A stretch of DNA of 40,325 nt. It comes from Octopus sinensis (taxonomy: Eukaryota). A model generated the notes under the pieces. That model did not search any database and was not told where the DNA came from. It saw only the letters and a list, made by a program, of their open reading frames with translations. Below are positions 24,903 to 35,205 of this stretch, one piece after another. Position 1 is the first letter of the stretch. Each line of letters opens with the position of its first letter. Where the stretch lies: NCBI RefSeq assembly GCF_006345805.1, contig NW_021831952.1, forward strand, positions 1-40,325. The letters are read 5' to 3'. A program made the position numbers and the translations under genes.

Positions 24903-25067
24903 GCGATAGAGTGGTTGTATACTGTCAACATAAACGTGACAGTCCCGTAAAGGGATTACACCACCGCTGTTCAGCCTAGGAAGCATCGAACGCTAGCCGA
25001 CAGGAGCGTTCGATGCTTCCTAGGGCTAAACAGCGGTGGTGTAATACCCATACGGGACTGTCACGTT
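24903..25067. repeat. foldback repeat with 62-bp arms
   Basis: Arms 24933-24994 and 25005-25067, 10-nt loop, about 4 differences. Confidence 0.9.
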
Positions 25068-25070
25068 AAA

Positions 25071-25417
25071 TCGATTATATCGACCCCAGGGCCTAATTGG
25101 TACTTATTTAATCGACCCCGAAAGGATGAACGGGAAAGTCGACCTCGGCGGAATTTGAAATCAGAACGTAACGGCAGACGAAATACCTATTTCTTTACTA
25201 CCCACAAGGGGCTAAGCACAGAAAGTACAAACAATTATAGACAAACGGATTAAATCAATTATATCGACTCCAGTGCGTAACTGGTACTTATTTAATCGAC
25301 CCCGAAAGGATGAAAGGCAAAGTCGACCTCGGCGAAATTTGGACTCAGAACGTAACGGCAGACGAAATACCGCTAAGCATTTCGCCCGGCGTGCTAACGT
25401 TTCTGCCAGCTCGCCGC
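25071..25417 (-). mobile_element. SINE family A dimer, 3' end abutting the hairpin
   Basis: Same junction as the other multimers (gacgaaatacc|tatttctttac on plus). Confidence 0.9.
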
Positions 25418-25564
25418 TTAAACGTTATATCGTTACAAGTATAGATACAGGCGGGCATATCTCAGCTTACTCTATTTTTCGAGTTAAGTCTTTAAAATGT
25501 TATTTTCGTATTGCATCGGTAATTATTACCAAGACATGCAACTTAAGCTTAGATCTGTTTCGGT

Positions 25565-25778
25565 AAACGTTAGCACGCGGGGCGAAATGCTTAGCGGTAT
25601 TTCGTCTGCGTTACGTTGTGAGTTCAAATTCCGCCGAGGTCGACTTTGCCTTTCATCCTTTCGGGGTCGATAAATTAAGTACCAGTTACGCACTGGGGTC
25701 GATGTAATCGACTTAATACCTATGTCTGTCCTTGTTTGTCCCCTCTGTGTTTAGCCCCTTGTGGGTAATAAAGAAATA
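25565..25778 (+). mobile_element. SINE family A, tail type 1
   Basis: aaacgttagcacgc through gtaataaagaaatag; nearly identical to 38034-38265. Confidence 0.92.
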
Positions 25779-25880
25779 GGTTTGTATATATATATATTTT
25801 TTCATGGGTATTTTATTGGTTTCAGATTTTCAAAATATGTTTTGGATTTTAGGCTTAAAGAAAATAATAATAATAATAAC

Positions 25881-25917
<37 letters not shown>

Positions 25918-26258
25918 CTCGGTGAGACCGACGTAAAATCGAATAAATCGTTTGAAATCTAGATTTATTTTTTATATTTTTCTGAATAATTTCTTTGAAA
26001 AACAACGATGTAAAGTGCGGCATGCCTGTTTATATAGTTAGTGGTTAGTTTTCATACAAACAGCAGGTATTGCTGTGGCTACAGCAGTGAAGATTTTTGC
26101 GTGCGTTACAAAAAAAAAAAAAAAAAAAAAAGGAATGCAATAAGGCCCCGTTTTTTTTTTTTTTTTCATTTACCTGTTGTCGTTTTCTTAACTTGCACTC
26201 GAGACAAAGTAACATGTGTAAGTTGATACACCAAAGCCGTTGATCTCCTTCCTCTTAC

Positions 26259-26289
26259 CTTCTATACCAGCGAAATCTGGCGTTGCCAT
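26259..26289 (-). CDS. candidate first coding exon (MATPDFAGIE), or the end of a 75-nt internal exon 26259-26333
   Basis: gctATGGCAACGCCAGATTTCGCTGGTATAGAAG|gtaaga, a near-consensus donor. Confidence 0.35.
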
Positions 26290-26295
26290 AGCAAC
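26282..26295. promoter_or_regulatory. RFX X-box motif GTTGCCATAGCAAC
   Basis: Matches the GTYNCYATRGNAAC palindromic consensus exactly; lies in non-repeat sequence near a GA/CT tract. Function unproven. Confidence 0.45.
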
Positions 26296-27114
26296 TGAAT
26301 CGTTGACAAAGTTTTTTAAAGCCTCATAAAAGTCTTATTTTAACGAGAGCAAATTCCTTTCCTCCCCCCTCCCCAGCTCCACTTTCTTCCTCTCTCTCTC
26401 TCTCCTTCCACTTGCTCGTCAATGTTCCCCCGCTGTGCCTTCTATTTATTTAATATTTAATTGCTTCCTCATTGAAGATGACCAAGCCGGAGATATCCAA
26501 AAGGTTCATGTTTAGAGCCTCTTCGTTGTTCCTCTAGAAATAGCAGTCAAATTCTCATCGAATTACAATTTGACGTATTTAGAAAGTGGGAAGGAAGGTT
26601 ACATCTAATGTCTTAGATACAGATAAAGTGATGAGATGGTCACGACTGGATTTTCTTTAATCAAGAGGTATACCGGACCAGTCATGATTTGGGCTAAGAC
26701 AGGGCTCTAATTTAAAGTTTCGCTTCCAATTTAGACAATGAAAATATGAATCATTAATAATCCAGGCTTTAAGCCAGCTGGTGTTAACTTCAATACTATA
26801 CAAAAAAAAATCCGAGAGATTACTCAGAAGACGAACTATACTATTCCCTTTCCTTTAAGACATGTGTCCATTAACCAACAAGGGAACCAGCTCTGACACA
26901 GCTGCCCCCATTTGCTAAAAATCGCAACTAAATCTTCCTTAAATCACACCCTATCTCACTGGAAAGGCATTTGCAAGTATTGTTGCAGAAAAAGACAAGA
27001 TGGCCGCTATTGAAACATTTGCTCGCGTTTGATTTGAGACTAAACAGAATAAGTGTCGTTAAGAAATACTTCCTTCTCATCGTTAAGAAATACTTCCTTC
27101 TCATCAGTCTGGAG

Positions 27115-27443
27115 CAGTGCTCCGCAACCGGTATTCCGCGGCACACTGGGTGTACAGCAGTGTAACCTGAATACAATTTTTTCCTAATTTTTTCCTCAAT
27201 AAATTTAATTCTATTTTTTAGCTTAGGTGTGTAACCGAATTCTGAAAAGAATATAAGCGCAACCGGTATGCCACGGCACACTGATGTGCCACGAGACGAT
27301 GCTAGGTATGTTGTAATATGACCTGAATATAATTTTTTTCCCTATACTTTTTTAGTTATATTTTAAGCTCAGGTGTGCAGCCGAACTTACAGCCGAAAAG
27401 AATATAAGTGTACTTCAAGTGAAAAAAATATTGCAGAACACTG
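27115..27443. mobile_element. hAT-type MITE with internal tandem duplication
   Basis: TIRs cagtgctccgcaa and ttgcagaacactg; 8-bp TSD gtctggag/gtctgggg; units 27124-27258 and 27259-27409. Confidence 0.85.
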
Positions 27444-27704
27444 GTCTGGGGTGATGTTTGCATTCACTTACTCACACAGTTACATACGATTGGGGCATCA
27501 AACAAGTGCTACAGTTTGTGGAATTGCTCCAGCGAAGAAAATGATCTGATATTAGTATAATATCAATAATAGAGTTGGCGAATAACATGCCAATTTTGCC
27601 CTATAACCTTCCATGGCCTGTAAAATAAGCACCTTTCCAAAATCGTGGATCTGTCTTTCATAGGAGATCGCCACCATCACAACCGACGAAACAATTTAAG
27701 ATAT

Positions 27705-28270
27705 TTGGGAATGTGTCTGCTATTATAGCGCCAGACCAATCAGAGCCAAGGGGGATTAATTTGGTAGATGGAAACTGAAGAAGCCCATCGTGTATGTGAG
27801 CACATGAGTGCGTTTGTATTTATTCCTCACCACCATCACCGCTGTTGGTTTTCTTACGTCCCAGTAAGAGAACGATAGAATAAGTATCGACTCAGTTTCT
27901 TTCTACTAGCGAACTTCTGAGCTATCTTCTTGTTTTACATGTTTTAGTCCTTGAACCTGTAACTATTTTAGGGTACTGCCTTGAAGGGGCTTTCGTAGAA
28001 CGAATCGACCCTAGTACTATATTTTTGAAGTCCGAAACTTATTCCATCGTTCTCCTTTGTCAAACGGCTCAGTTACTGGGACATCAGGTATCAAGCGGTG
28101 GTGGTGGCGGGGCCAAACTCAAACGCACTCATGTGCGACTAGCTTCAGTTTCCGCTTCCCAAATTCATTACGCAAGCATTGATTGGTCCGGTGCCATAAT
28201 AGAAGACACTTGCCAAAAGTGCCGTGCAATGAGGCTGAACTAGAAACTCCGTGGTTTTAAAAGGGAGCAT
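27705..28270. mobile_element. old SINE family B fragments, plus then minus
   Basis: ttggtagatggaaactgaagaagccc at ~27770 (plus); cagtttccgc...agaagacacttgcc at ~28145-28215 (minus). Confidence 0.65.
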
Positions 28271-28437
28271 TTTTAATCACACAGCCGGGCATGCTATCGT
28301 CGATTATTCAGAAATTAACACTTCCAAACTAGTAAATCATAAGCGTTTTCCCTAATATCGTATCCAAAAGTAACAAAAATTCTATAGAAATTCTTTAACT
28401 TGCATTTCTTTGGCCATCTAATTTGCTGTGTTTCGAA

Positions 28438-28840
28438 CTCTTTTACTCTTTTACTTGTTTCAGTCATTTGAGTGCGGCCATGCTGGATCACCGCTTTTAA
28501 TCGAGCAACTCGACCCCGGTACTTATTCTTTGTAAGCCCAGTACTTATTCTATCGGTCTCTTTTGCCGAACCGCTAGGTGACGGGGACATAAACACACCA
28601 GCATCGGTTGTCAAGCAATGCTAGGGGGATAAACACAGACACACAAATATACACGCACATACACATATATAATATATACATATATACATTGGGCTTCTTT
28701 CAGTTTCCGTCCACCAAATCTACTCACAAGGCTTTGGTCGGCCCGAGGCTATAGTAGAAGACACTTGTCCAAGGTGCCACGCAGTGGGACTGAATCCAGA
28801 ACCACGTGGTTGGTAAGCAAGCTACTTACCACACAGCCAC
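28438..28840 (-). mobile_element. SINE family B, full length
   Basis: Reverse complement of the 17130 and 32137 copies. Confidence 0.95.
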
Positions 28841-29486
28841 AAGTAACATTTAGCTACGTTCAGGAATCCCAATTCTCTGATTAGAGAGAGAATTTTAGAC
28901 ATATTTTATCGATATAAAGCGAGTGAAAGGCCATGTCGTCTGCAACATTCAGACAATGCACTGCTCAGACATTTGATCTGAAAAGTAGTGAGTCATGCGG
29001 CGAATTCTGCACTGTATCTCGCGTCTTACTGCTTTGTACAATACCAAACGTACTTCAAACACCGACAGCCTAGAAAGCATTCAAAAGAAAGTCTAATCGA
29101 TAATCTTACCCTAAATATAATCTTTCCCTAAATAAAAAAAAAGCTTTGCTAGTTGACCCATTGTCAAGCTGAATCGCTTGTCCATTTCTATGTTTGCATT
29201 TAATCGCTATCACAACAAAATCAGTTTCGAACTTGCTTGGTTAGTTCAAACGGTTAACATTTCTCCTGTAACACCTTCCACATTCTAATACAAATACCTT
29301 TTTTTTTTTCTTTTTTTACTCAGAGACATACAGAGAAACGGCAGATCTACATAAGCCAATATTTGCTAGTAAAACAAAAAACGAAAGTCATTCGTAATAC
29401 ATTACTCACTTTTTTTACTTTTCTCAATCGTTGGCCTGCGGCCATGCTGGAGCAACACCTTATAAGGTCAGTGGAACAAATGTCGC

Positions 29487-29577
29487 TAGTGGGCAAGTGT
29501 GGTCTACTATAGCGTCGGGCCGACAAAAGCCCTGTGAGTAGATTTGGTAGACGGAAACTGAAAGAAGCTCGTCGTGC

Positions 29578-29620
<43 letters not shown>

Positions 29621-29800
29621 ATGTATATGTGTGTGTGTGTATTTGTATCTGTGTTTGTCCCCGTAACTTAGCGGTTTGACAATAGAGTCCGATAGAATAA
29701 GTACTAGGCTTACAGAGAATAAACCCTGGTGTAGATTTGTTCAACTAAAAGTCGGTGCTCCAGTATGACCGCAGTCAAATGACTGAAACAAGTAAAAGAA
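29487..29800 (+). mobile_element. SINE family B, 5'-truncated
   Basis: gggcaagtgtggtctactatagc through aatgactgaaacaagtaaaaga; a minus-strand tail fragment lies at 29405-29455. Confidence 0.85.
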
Positions 29801-29870
29801 TATGTATGTGTGGTGTGTGTGTGTGTGTGTGTTTATTTAACAAAAGAAAGAAAAAAGAAACAAAGAAACC

Positions 29871-30192
29871 CTATCGGTTACGACGATGGCGAGGGTTCCA
29901 GTTGATCCGAACAACGGAACAGCCTGCTCCTGAAATTAATAACCTGTAAGTGGCTAATCGCCCCTACAAACGCTTGAACCCTTAACGTAGTTCTCATCGA
30001 GATTCAGCGTGACGCAGAATGTGACAAAGCTGGCCCTTTTTAATTACAGGTTCAACTCATTTTTGTCAGCTAATTAGACAGGAGCAACGTGAAGTAAAGT
30101 GTCTTGCTCAAGGACACAACGCGTCGCCGGGAATCGAACTCTCGACCTTATGGTTTTGAGCTGAATACCTATAACCACTGAGTCACATACCT
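29871..30192 (-). mobile_element. SINE family C2 (tRNA head, CORE-like body, tail shared with C1)
   Basis: Minus-strand B box gagttcgattccc and ccttgagcaagacactttacttcac; tail matches 39836-40011. Confidence 0.8.
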
Positions 30193-31065
30193 TCATTACG
30201 TATATTTACACACTTGCACAAAGTGGGACTGAACTAGAAATCTCGTGGCTGCGAAGCAAACTTCTTAAACACGCATCCAGGTCTGTGCATTATTGTTTCT
30301 CAAATAACACAACTTAACAGCCACACTCAATTTAAATTTATCAGTTGCATCCACCCTCTTCTCTGCATGACACCCCCGCCAACGAACAAGTTCTCATATT
30401 TGGCAAAAACATATTGCTACTCAAATGACACTGCGCACGTTCCCTATCAGCCCTGCACTAACCTGAATATTTTGAAATAAATGTGCTGTATAAATTTCAC
30501 CTGTTGCTTTCTAACCTATCGTGAAAATATTTCCTTACCACTGTATTGTTCAACTTGCAACAAACCCAATATGCATTTCGAAATGCCAACTTCACATGCA
30601 CACGCACATACGCATTACACACACAGGGTTGGGTTTATGAGCAGGTGAAAAAATATTTAGTACATGAAGCAGGGTAAGTATTTTAGTAGCTGTTAGGCTA
30701 AATAAACGATTCAAGGTCTTTGTGTTTCGTTGCAAAAGCATTTGTGAAACTAGTCCCTTGATTCGCTTATATCTGTTATTAGCTGTGAAGCTTATAAAGA
30801 TATGCATGGTTATTGTTTCACATGTTGAAACATAATTATTTAATGCATAGCGCTTGTTTCGACTCTGCTTCACGTTATACACATTCGATGCTTCACGTTA
30901 AACGCATTCAATGCTTCACGTTAAACACATTCCAGCAGGTAAAGAAAACTATTTGAGAAATATCCTAAATACCGTCGGAGTATATGCGTATCTACACAAT
31001 ATATAAATCTATATTTGTCCACGACCTCTCTCTTCCTCGACTAAACGAAATACAATGTTCTTCAC

Positions 31066-31329
31066 CAGCGATTCCCAAACCTTTTCGGGTTTCCGTTCAT
31101 TTGGCACCCAGCCCACATTCCTAGTGCCCCCACCACTCAGCACCACAAATTTAGACTACTTTCTGCAGCATATTTAAAACAATGTATTTCATGAATATAA
31201 CTGAACCGCGATACCCCCGCCCTTTTTGGCCACCTCGTTATCCATTTGCTTTCACTGTCCTCTCCTCCTAGATCTTTCCACCGCTCCCGGTGTGGGTGGG
31301 GGCTGTATTACCCATTTAGGGAACGACCG
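31066..31329. mobile_element. degenerate hAT-like MITE
   Basis: Ends cagcgattcccaaa and ttagggaacgaccg; no TSD found. Confidence 0.45.
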
Positions 31330-31356
31330 CTCCAAACCGTTAAATTCTTCACTTCT

Positions 31357-31588
31357 TATTTCATTATTGCCCACAAGGGGCTAAACATAGAGGGGACAAA
31401 CAAGGACAGACAAAAGGATTAAGTCGATTATATCGACTCCAGTGCGTAACTGGTACTTAATTTATCGACCCCGAAAGGATGAAAGGCAAAGTCGACCTCG
31501 GCGGAATTTGAACTCAGAACGTAACGGCAGATGAAATAACGCTAAGAATTTCGCCCGGCGTGCTAATGATTCTGCCAAGCTCGCCGCC
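31357..31588 (-). mobile_element. SINE family A, tail type 1
   Basis: Full reverse-complement copy ending in ctcgccgcc. Confidence 0.92.
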
Positions 31589-31711
31589 TTAGATTGTTCA
31601 CTTCTAACGAAAAGTGAACATATTCACTACCTCCACGAGCTCCAATTTGATACAACAGTTTCCTTAAAGTCCAAAGTTGAACTTTTACTAGTGTTAAGTA
31701 TATCAGTCACA

Positions 31712-31938
31712 ATCATCATCACTACACACTACAGCTTGGTCTGACCTGCAGGCCAATCGGTCTTTTTTTCAGCATTGAATCCCCCACATCTCAAGTGACT
31801 TTTCAAACTTAAATAAATACATCCATCTTCGCATGATATTCTTAAACGTAAAAAGCCTTAGTGAAATCACTAAGTCCAAACATGTAACTCCTTTTTTTTG
31901 GTCATCCCATCTTCCACCCAATGAAATCAATTAGTGAT
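31712..31938 (+). repeat. unclassified ~225-bp direct repeat, copy 1
   Basis: Aligns along its length to 32955-33181. Confidence 0.85.
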
Positions 31939-32136
31939 GGTGTTGAAAGAAAAAAAAGTCACTTGTTTGTTTATTTGAAGTATTTAACATCCACCTATGA
32001 GACTTAATACTCTTAAGAATATCACGTTCTTGATTTTCTTTCGAATGTTCGTAGTGATGTGTTTTCTTCCCTTGCAGTTTATCACATACTAACAGGCTCA
32101 AGAAAAAAGACAAAAAAAAAAAAAAGGTTGGCAATA

Positions 32137-32540
32137 GGCGCAGGAATGGCTGTGTGGTAAGTAGCTTGCTAACCAACCACATGGTTCCGGGTTCAGTCCC
32201 ACTGCGTGGCATCTTGGGCAAGTGTCTTCCGCTATAGCCCCGGGCCGACCAATGCCTTGTGAGTGGATTTGGTAGACGGAAACTGAAAGAAGCCTGTCGT
32301 ATATATGTATATATATATATATACATATGTGTGTGTGTTTGTGTGTCTGTGTTTGTCCCCCCTAGCATTGCTTGACAACCGAGGCTGGTGTGTTTACGTC
32401 CCCGTCACTTAGCGGTTCGGTAAAAAGAGAATAAGTACTGGGCTTACAAAGAATAAGTCCCGGGGTCGAATTGCTCGACTAAAGGCGGTGCTCCAGCATG
32501 GCCGCAGTCAAATGACTGAAACAAGTAAAAGAGTAAAGAG
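32137..32540 (+). mobile_element. SINE family B, full length
   Basis: ggcgcaggaatggctgtgtggtaag through aagtaaaagagtaaagag. Confidence 0.95.
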
Positions 32541-32954
32541 AGAATATGAATTCTTAAAAGTAAAATATACGCTAGTATACTTTGCGTAGTAAACTAAAAA
32601 ATAAAATTACAACCACTTAGTGAAGGAATTTCATTATTTAAATTATAAGATCTGGCGAAACAGAAACCCTAAGACATACGAGTTCATAAAATGTCGAAGT
32701 TAGTAGAAAATCTGATCTTTAATAGTAACGACTCTGCATATATTTCCCTGTTATCAGACCTTTTCCTCGAAATATGTCTTACAGTAGTAAACACAAGGAC
32801 TACCAATAACCAGATTAATGTTGTTTTTTTTCTTTTTATAAATCAACGGGCGACATAATTACTCAAAGATATGCTAAGGAAAAACAAATAGGGATTCTTG
32901 CTGGATGAAATATTATAGGGCAGGAGGAAAATACTGGATTTTGTAAGTGAAGAA

Positions 32955-33181
32955 ATCATCATTACACATTACACTACAACTTGCTCTGACTTGCAGGTCA
33001 ATCGCGCTCTTTTTCCAATATTAAATCGCCCACATTTCAAGTGACTTTTAAAACTTAAATAAATTCATCCGTCTTTGTATGATATCCTTGAACGTATGAG
33101 CCTTAGTGAAATCACTAAGTCCAAGAACGTAACTCCGTTTTTGGTCATCCCATCTTCCACCCAATGAAATCAATTAGTGAT
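32955..33181 (+). repeat. unclassified ~225-bp direct repeat, copy 2
   Basis: Shares gccttagtgaaatcactaagtccaa and ttttggtcatcccatcttccacccaatgaaatcaattagtgat exactly with copy 1. Confidence 0.85.
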
Positions 33182-33516
33182 TAAAAGGATGGAAAAATGA
33201 AGCACATCCGAAACGTATTCGAAGAATAAAATTTATAATTTAAATACTGGTACATTACTCAGTTATTTCTCTTGAAATAATGTTTTAAGGCTCCACCGAG
33301 AACACAATTGGACAATGTGCCTGGGAAAAAAAGGCCGGATGATTACAGATGGAATACAGTCGGTTATTGTTCTCCGGGATCTGGTATAGCTAAAGAACAG
33401 CAGATTCCTCCACCGTCACGATGGTGCATGTATGAAGCATTTAAGAATATGTGGCATTGGAATAATGCAAGCCTACGATCCGTTTCCACGAGAGCTAAGA
33501 TTATCTACTTTCTTAC

Positions 33517-33532
33517 CTATTGTATTACGCAC
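33517..33532 (-). CDS. candidate 16-nt micro-exon (VRNTI+)
   Basis: atgcttttccag|GTGCGTAATACAATAG|gtaaga; only frame 0 is open. Confidence 0.25.
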
Positions 33533-34866
33533 CTGGAAAAGCATGAATGTCACTTGTCTAATTAATCTAATTATTGATGTGTTGTAAATATGCTTACGTA
33601 CACATTCAAGCAGCGTTGTGAAGCAACCATTTTAAACACATCAGCATGTAAGTAAGGTGAAGAGTCTTCCTATTTAGACATCACGCAGATGCTCTGGGAT
33701 GCATCGCTAGTGATTTTTTCTGGGGTGTCACGGAGTTTCGGGTCTTAATATCAGATCCCCTCATCCATAATATTCCTCATAGTTACGGTTTCTTTCCTAC
33801 ATGCCATATCTTTTGTGAATCTATCTATCTATCTATATCTCTATCTATCTATCTACTTGGAACGATGAACATTGCCAACTTTACTGCATCAAAATATTTC
33901 TTATATTTTTTTTTATTTTTTACATATTTATGCATGCAAATGTATGTGAACGTAAATACGAATATATAAAATATTTATGTATGCAGGTGTTATATGTATA
34001 CACACACATTTTTGTGTTTGTATATTTATGCATGTATATATATATATATATACGTACGTATGTGCATGAGTATACATATGGAACACTGTGTACTTAAATA
34101 CAAAACGAAGATACCTTAAATATCATCGAGTAGTAAATAACCTTTTAGCGGTATTTGATTGTCGTCTAAGATTATTTCTACAATTATACCCTTCGAAAAA
34201 AAGAAAGAAATGGCGATTTTTTTTCTTCCTTGGCGCTCGTCGGAACATTGTTTTTCTTTACTGTCTGTTTTTCAAGTCTTGACACGACAGAATGCAATGG
34301 GAACTTTTACTGTCTTAACGGTATCAATAAAATCAATCAATCTTCCTCACACATACAATATAATATATATATATTATATAATATATATATATATATATAT
34401 AATATAAAAGTTGAGTGGCTTGAAGTGGGTCATTTTACAATTTTAGCAAGAGACAATTAGTGGCCGAGCAATAATAGCTTAAACGTCCTATAAATAAACG
34501 CGAAGAAAGCAATATGGAAAATAAAACAATGAAACAATAATTAAACAACTATTTATAAAGCTATTTCAATTAAGTTTAAACATAACTATTTATAAAGCTA
34601 TTTTAATTATGTGATTAAGCCTGGTCAAAATGGCTGCTGTATTTTCTTAAAAGTGTGCTTTTTTTTTTTTGAATAACCTTTTCTCTCCAAGAAATGACTG
34701 GTAGGGATAGGAAGGAAGACCAGAATCATATCCGAAAAGTCATCTTTTGAATGTTATCCCATTTCTTCCTCTTTAAAACTTTGACACTTATAATTATATT
34801 GATCAGGATCACACACATCTACAAGTAGAGGTATTGTGATCTTAAATAATATATATATTATATATA

Positions 34867-35040
34867 CCGGAGTAAACACATTAATGTGAAACAAGGTGGA
34901 AAAAAGAGTACTCAAATACCAGTGGTAGAGTAATATGCTTTATTAAAAGCAGCAGAAAATTCAACAAAACATGTTGTCCGACGAACGGCAACGGGAAACT
35001 CAGAGTAACATGTTTTGTTGAATTTTCTGCTGCTATGAAT
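34867..35040. mobile_element. foldback insert in (TA)n, probable Penelope-like pLTR derivative
   Basis: Perfect 28-bp inverted arms 34948-34975 and 35007-35034 enclosing a hammerhead-like loop; (TA)n on both sides. Confidence 0.7.
34975..35010 (+). ncRNA. minimal type I hammerhead-like motif with U4C variant core
   Basis: UGU-CCGACGA-ACG GCAA CGG-GAAA-CUC A GAG-UA^ACA: GNRA-capped stem II and palindromic stem III. Confidence 0.55.
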
Positions 35041-35205
35041 AGTGTATATTATATATATATATACATATTCATTGAGTTCGAGAATCTCAAAACGGGTATT
35101 TTAAGTATATTTTTTTATGTTAATTTTCTCTTGATAATCTCATCATTGATTTATTACTAATTTTGTACTAATTTTTCTTTATACGTTTTTCTTTTTTTTT
35201 TTCAG

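Noticed and set aside
24970-25004. Hammerhead inside the 24.9-kb hairpin
   Set aside because: The best register (CCUAGGA...GAAC) breaks essential G5 and the GAAA motif.
28933-28987. Plus-strand first exon MSSATFRQCTAQTFDLKS with a GTGAGT donor
   Set aside because: No compatible downstream exon was found and there is no independent support.
33308-33565. 85-aa plus-strand ORF
   Set aside because: Starts at TTG, has no recognisable domain and no convincing donor.
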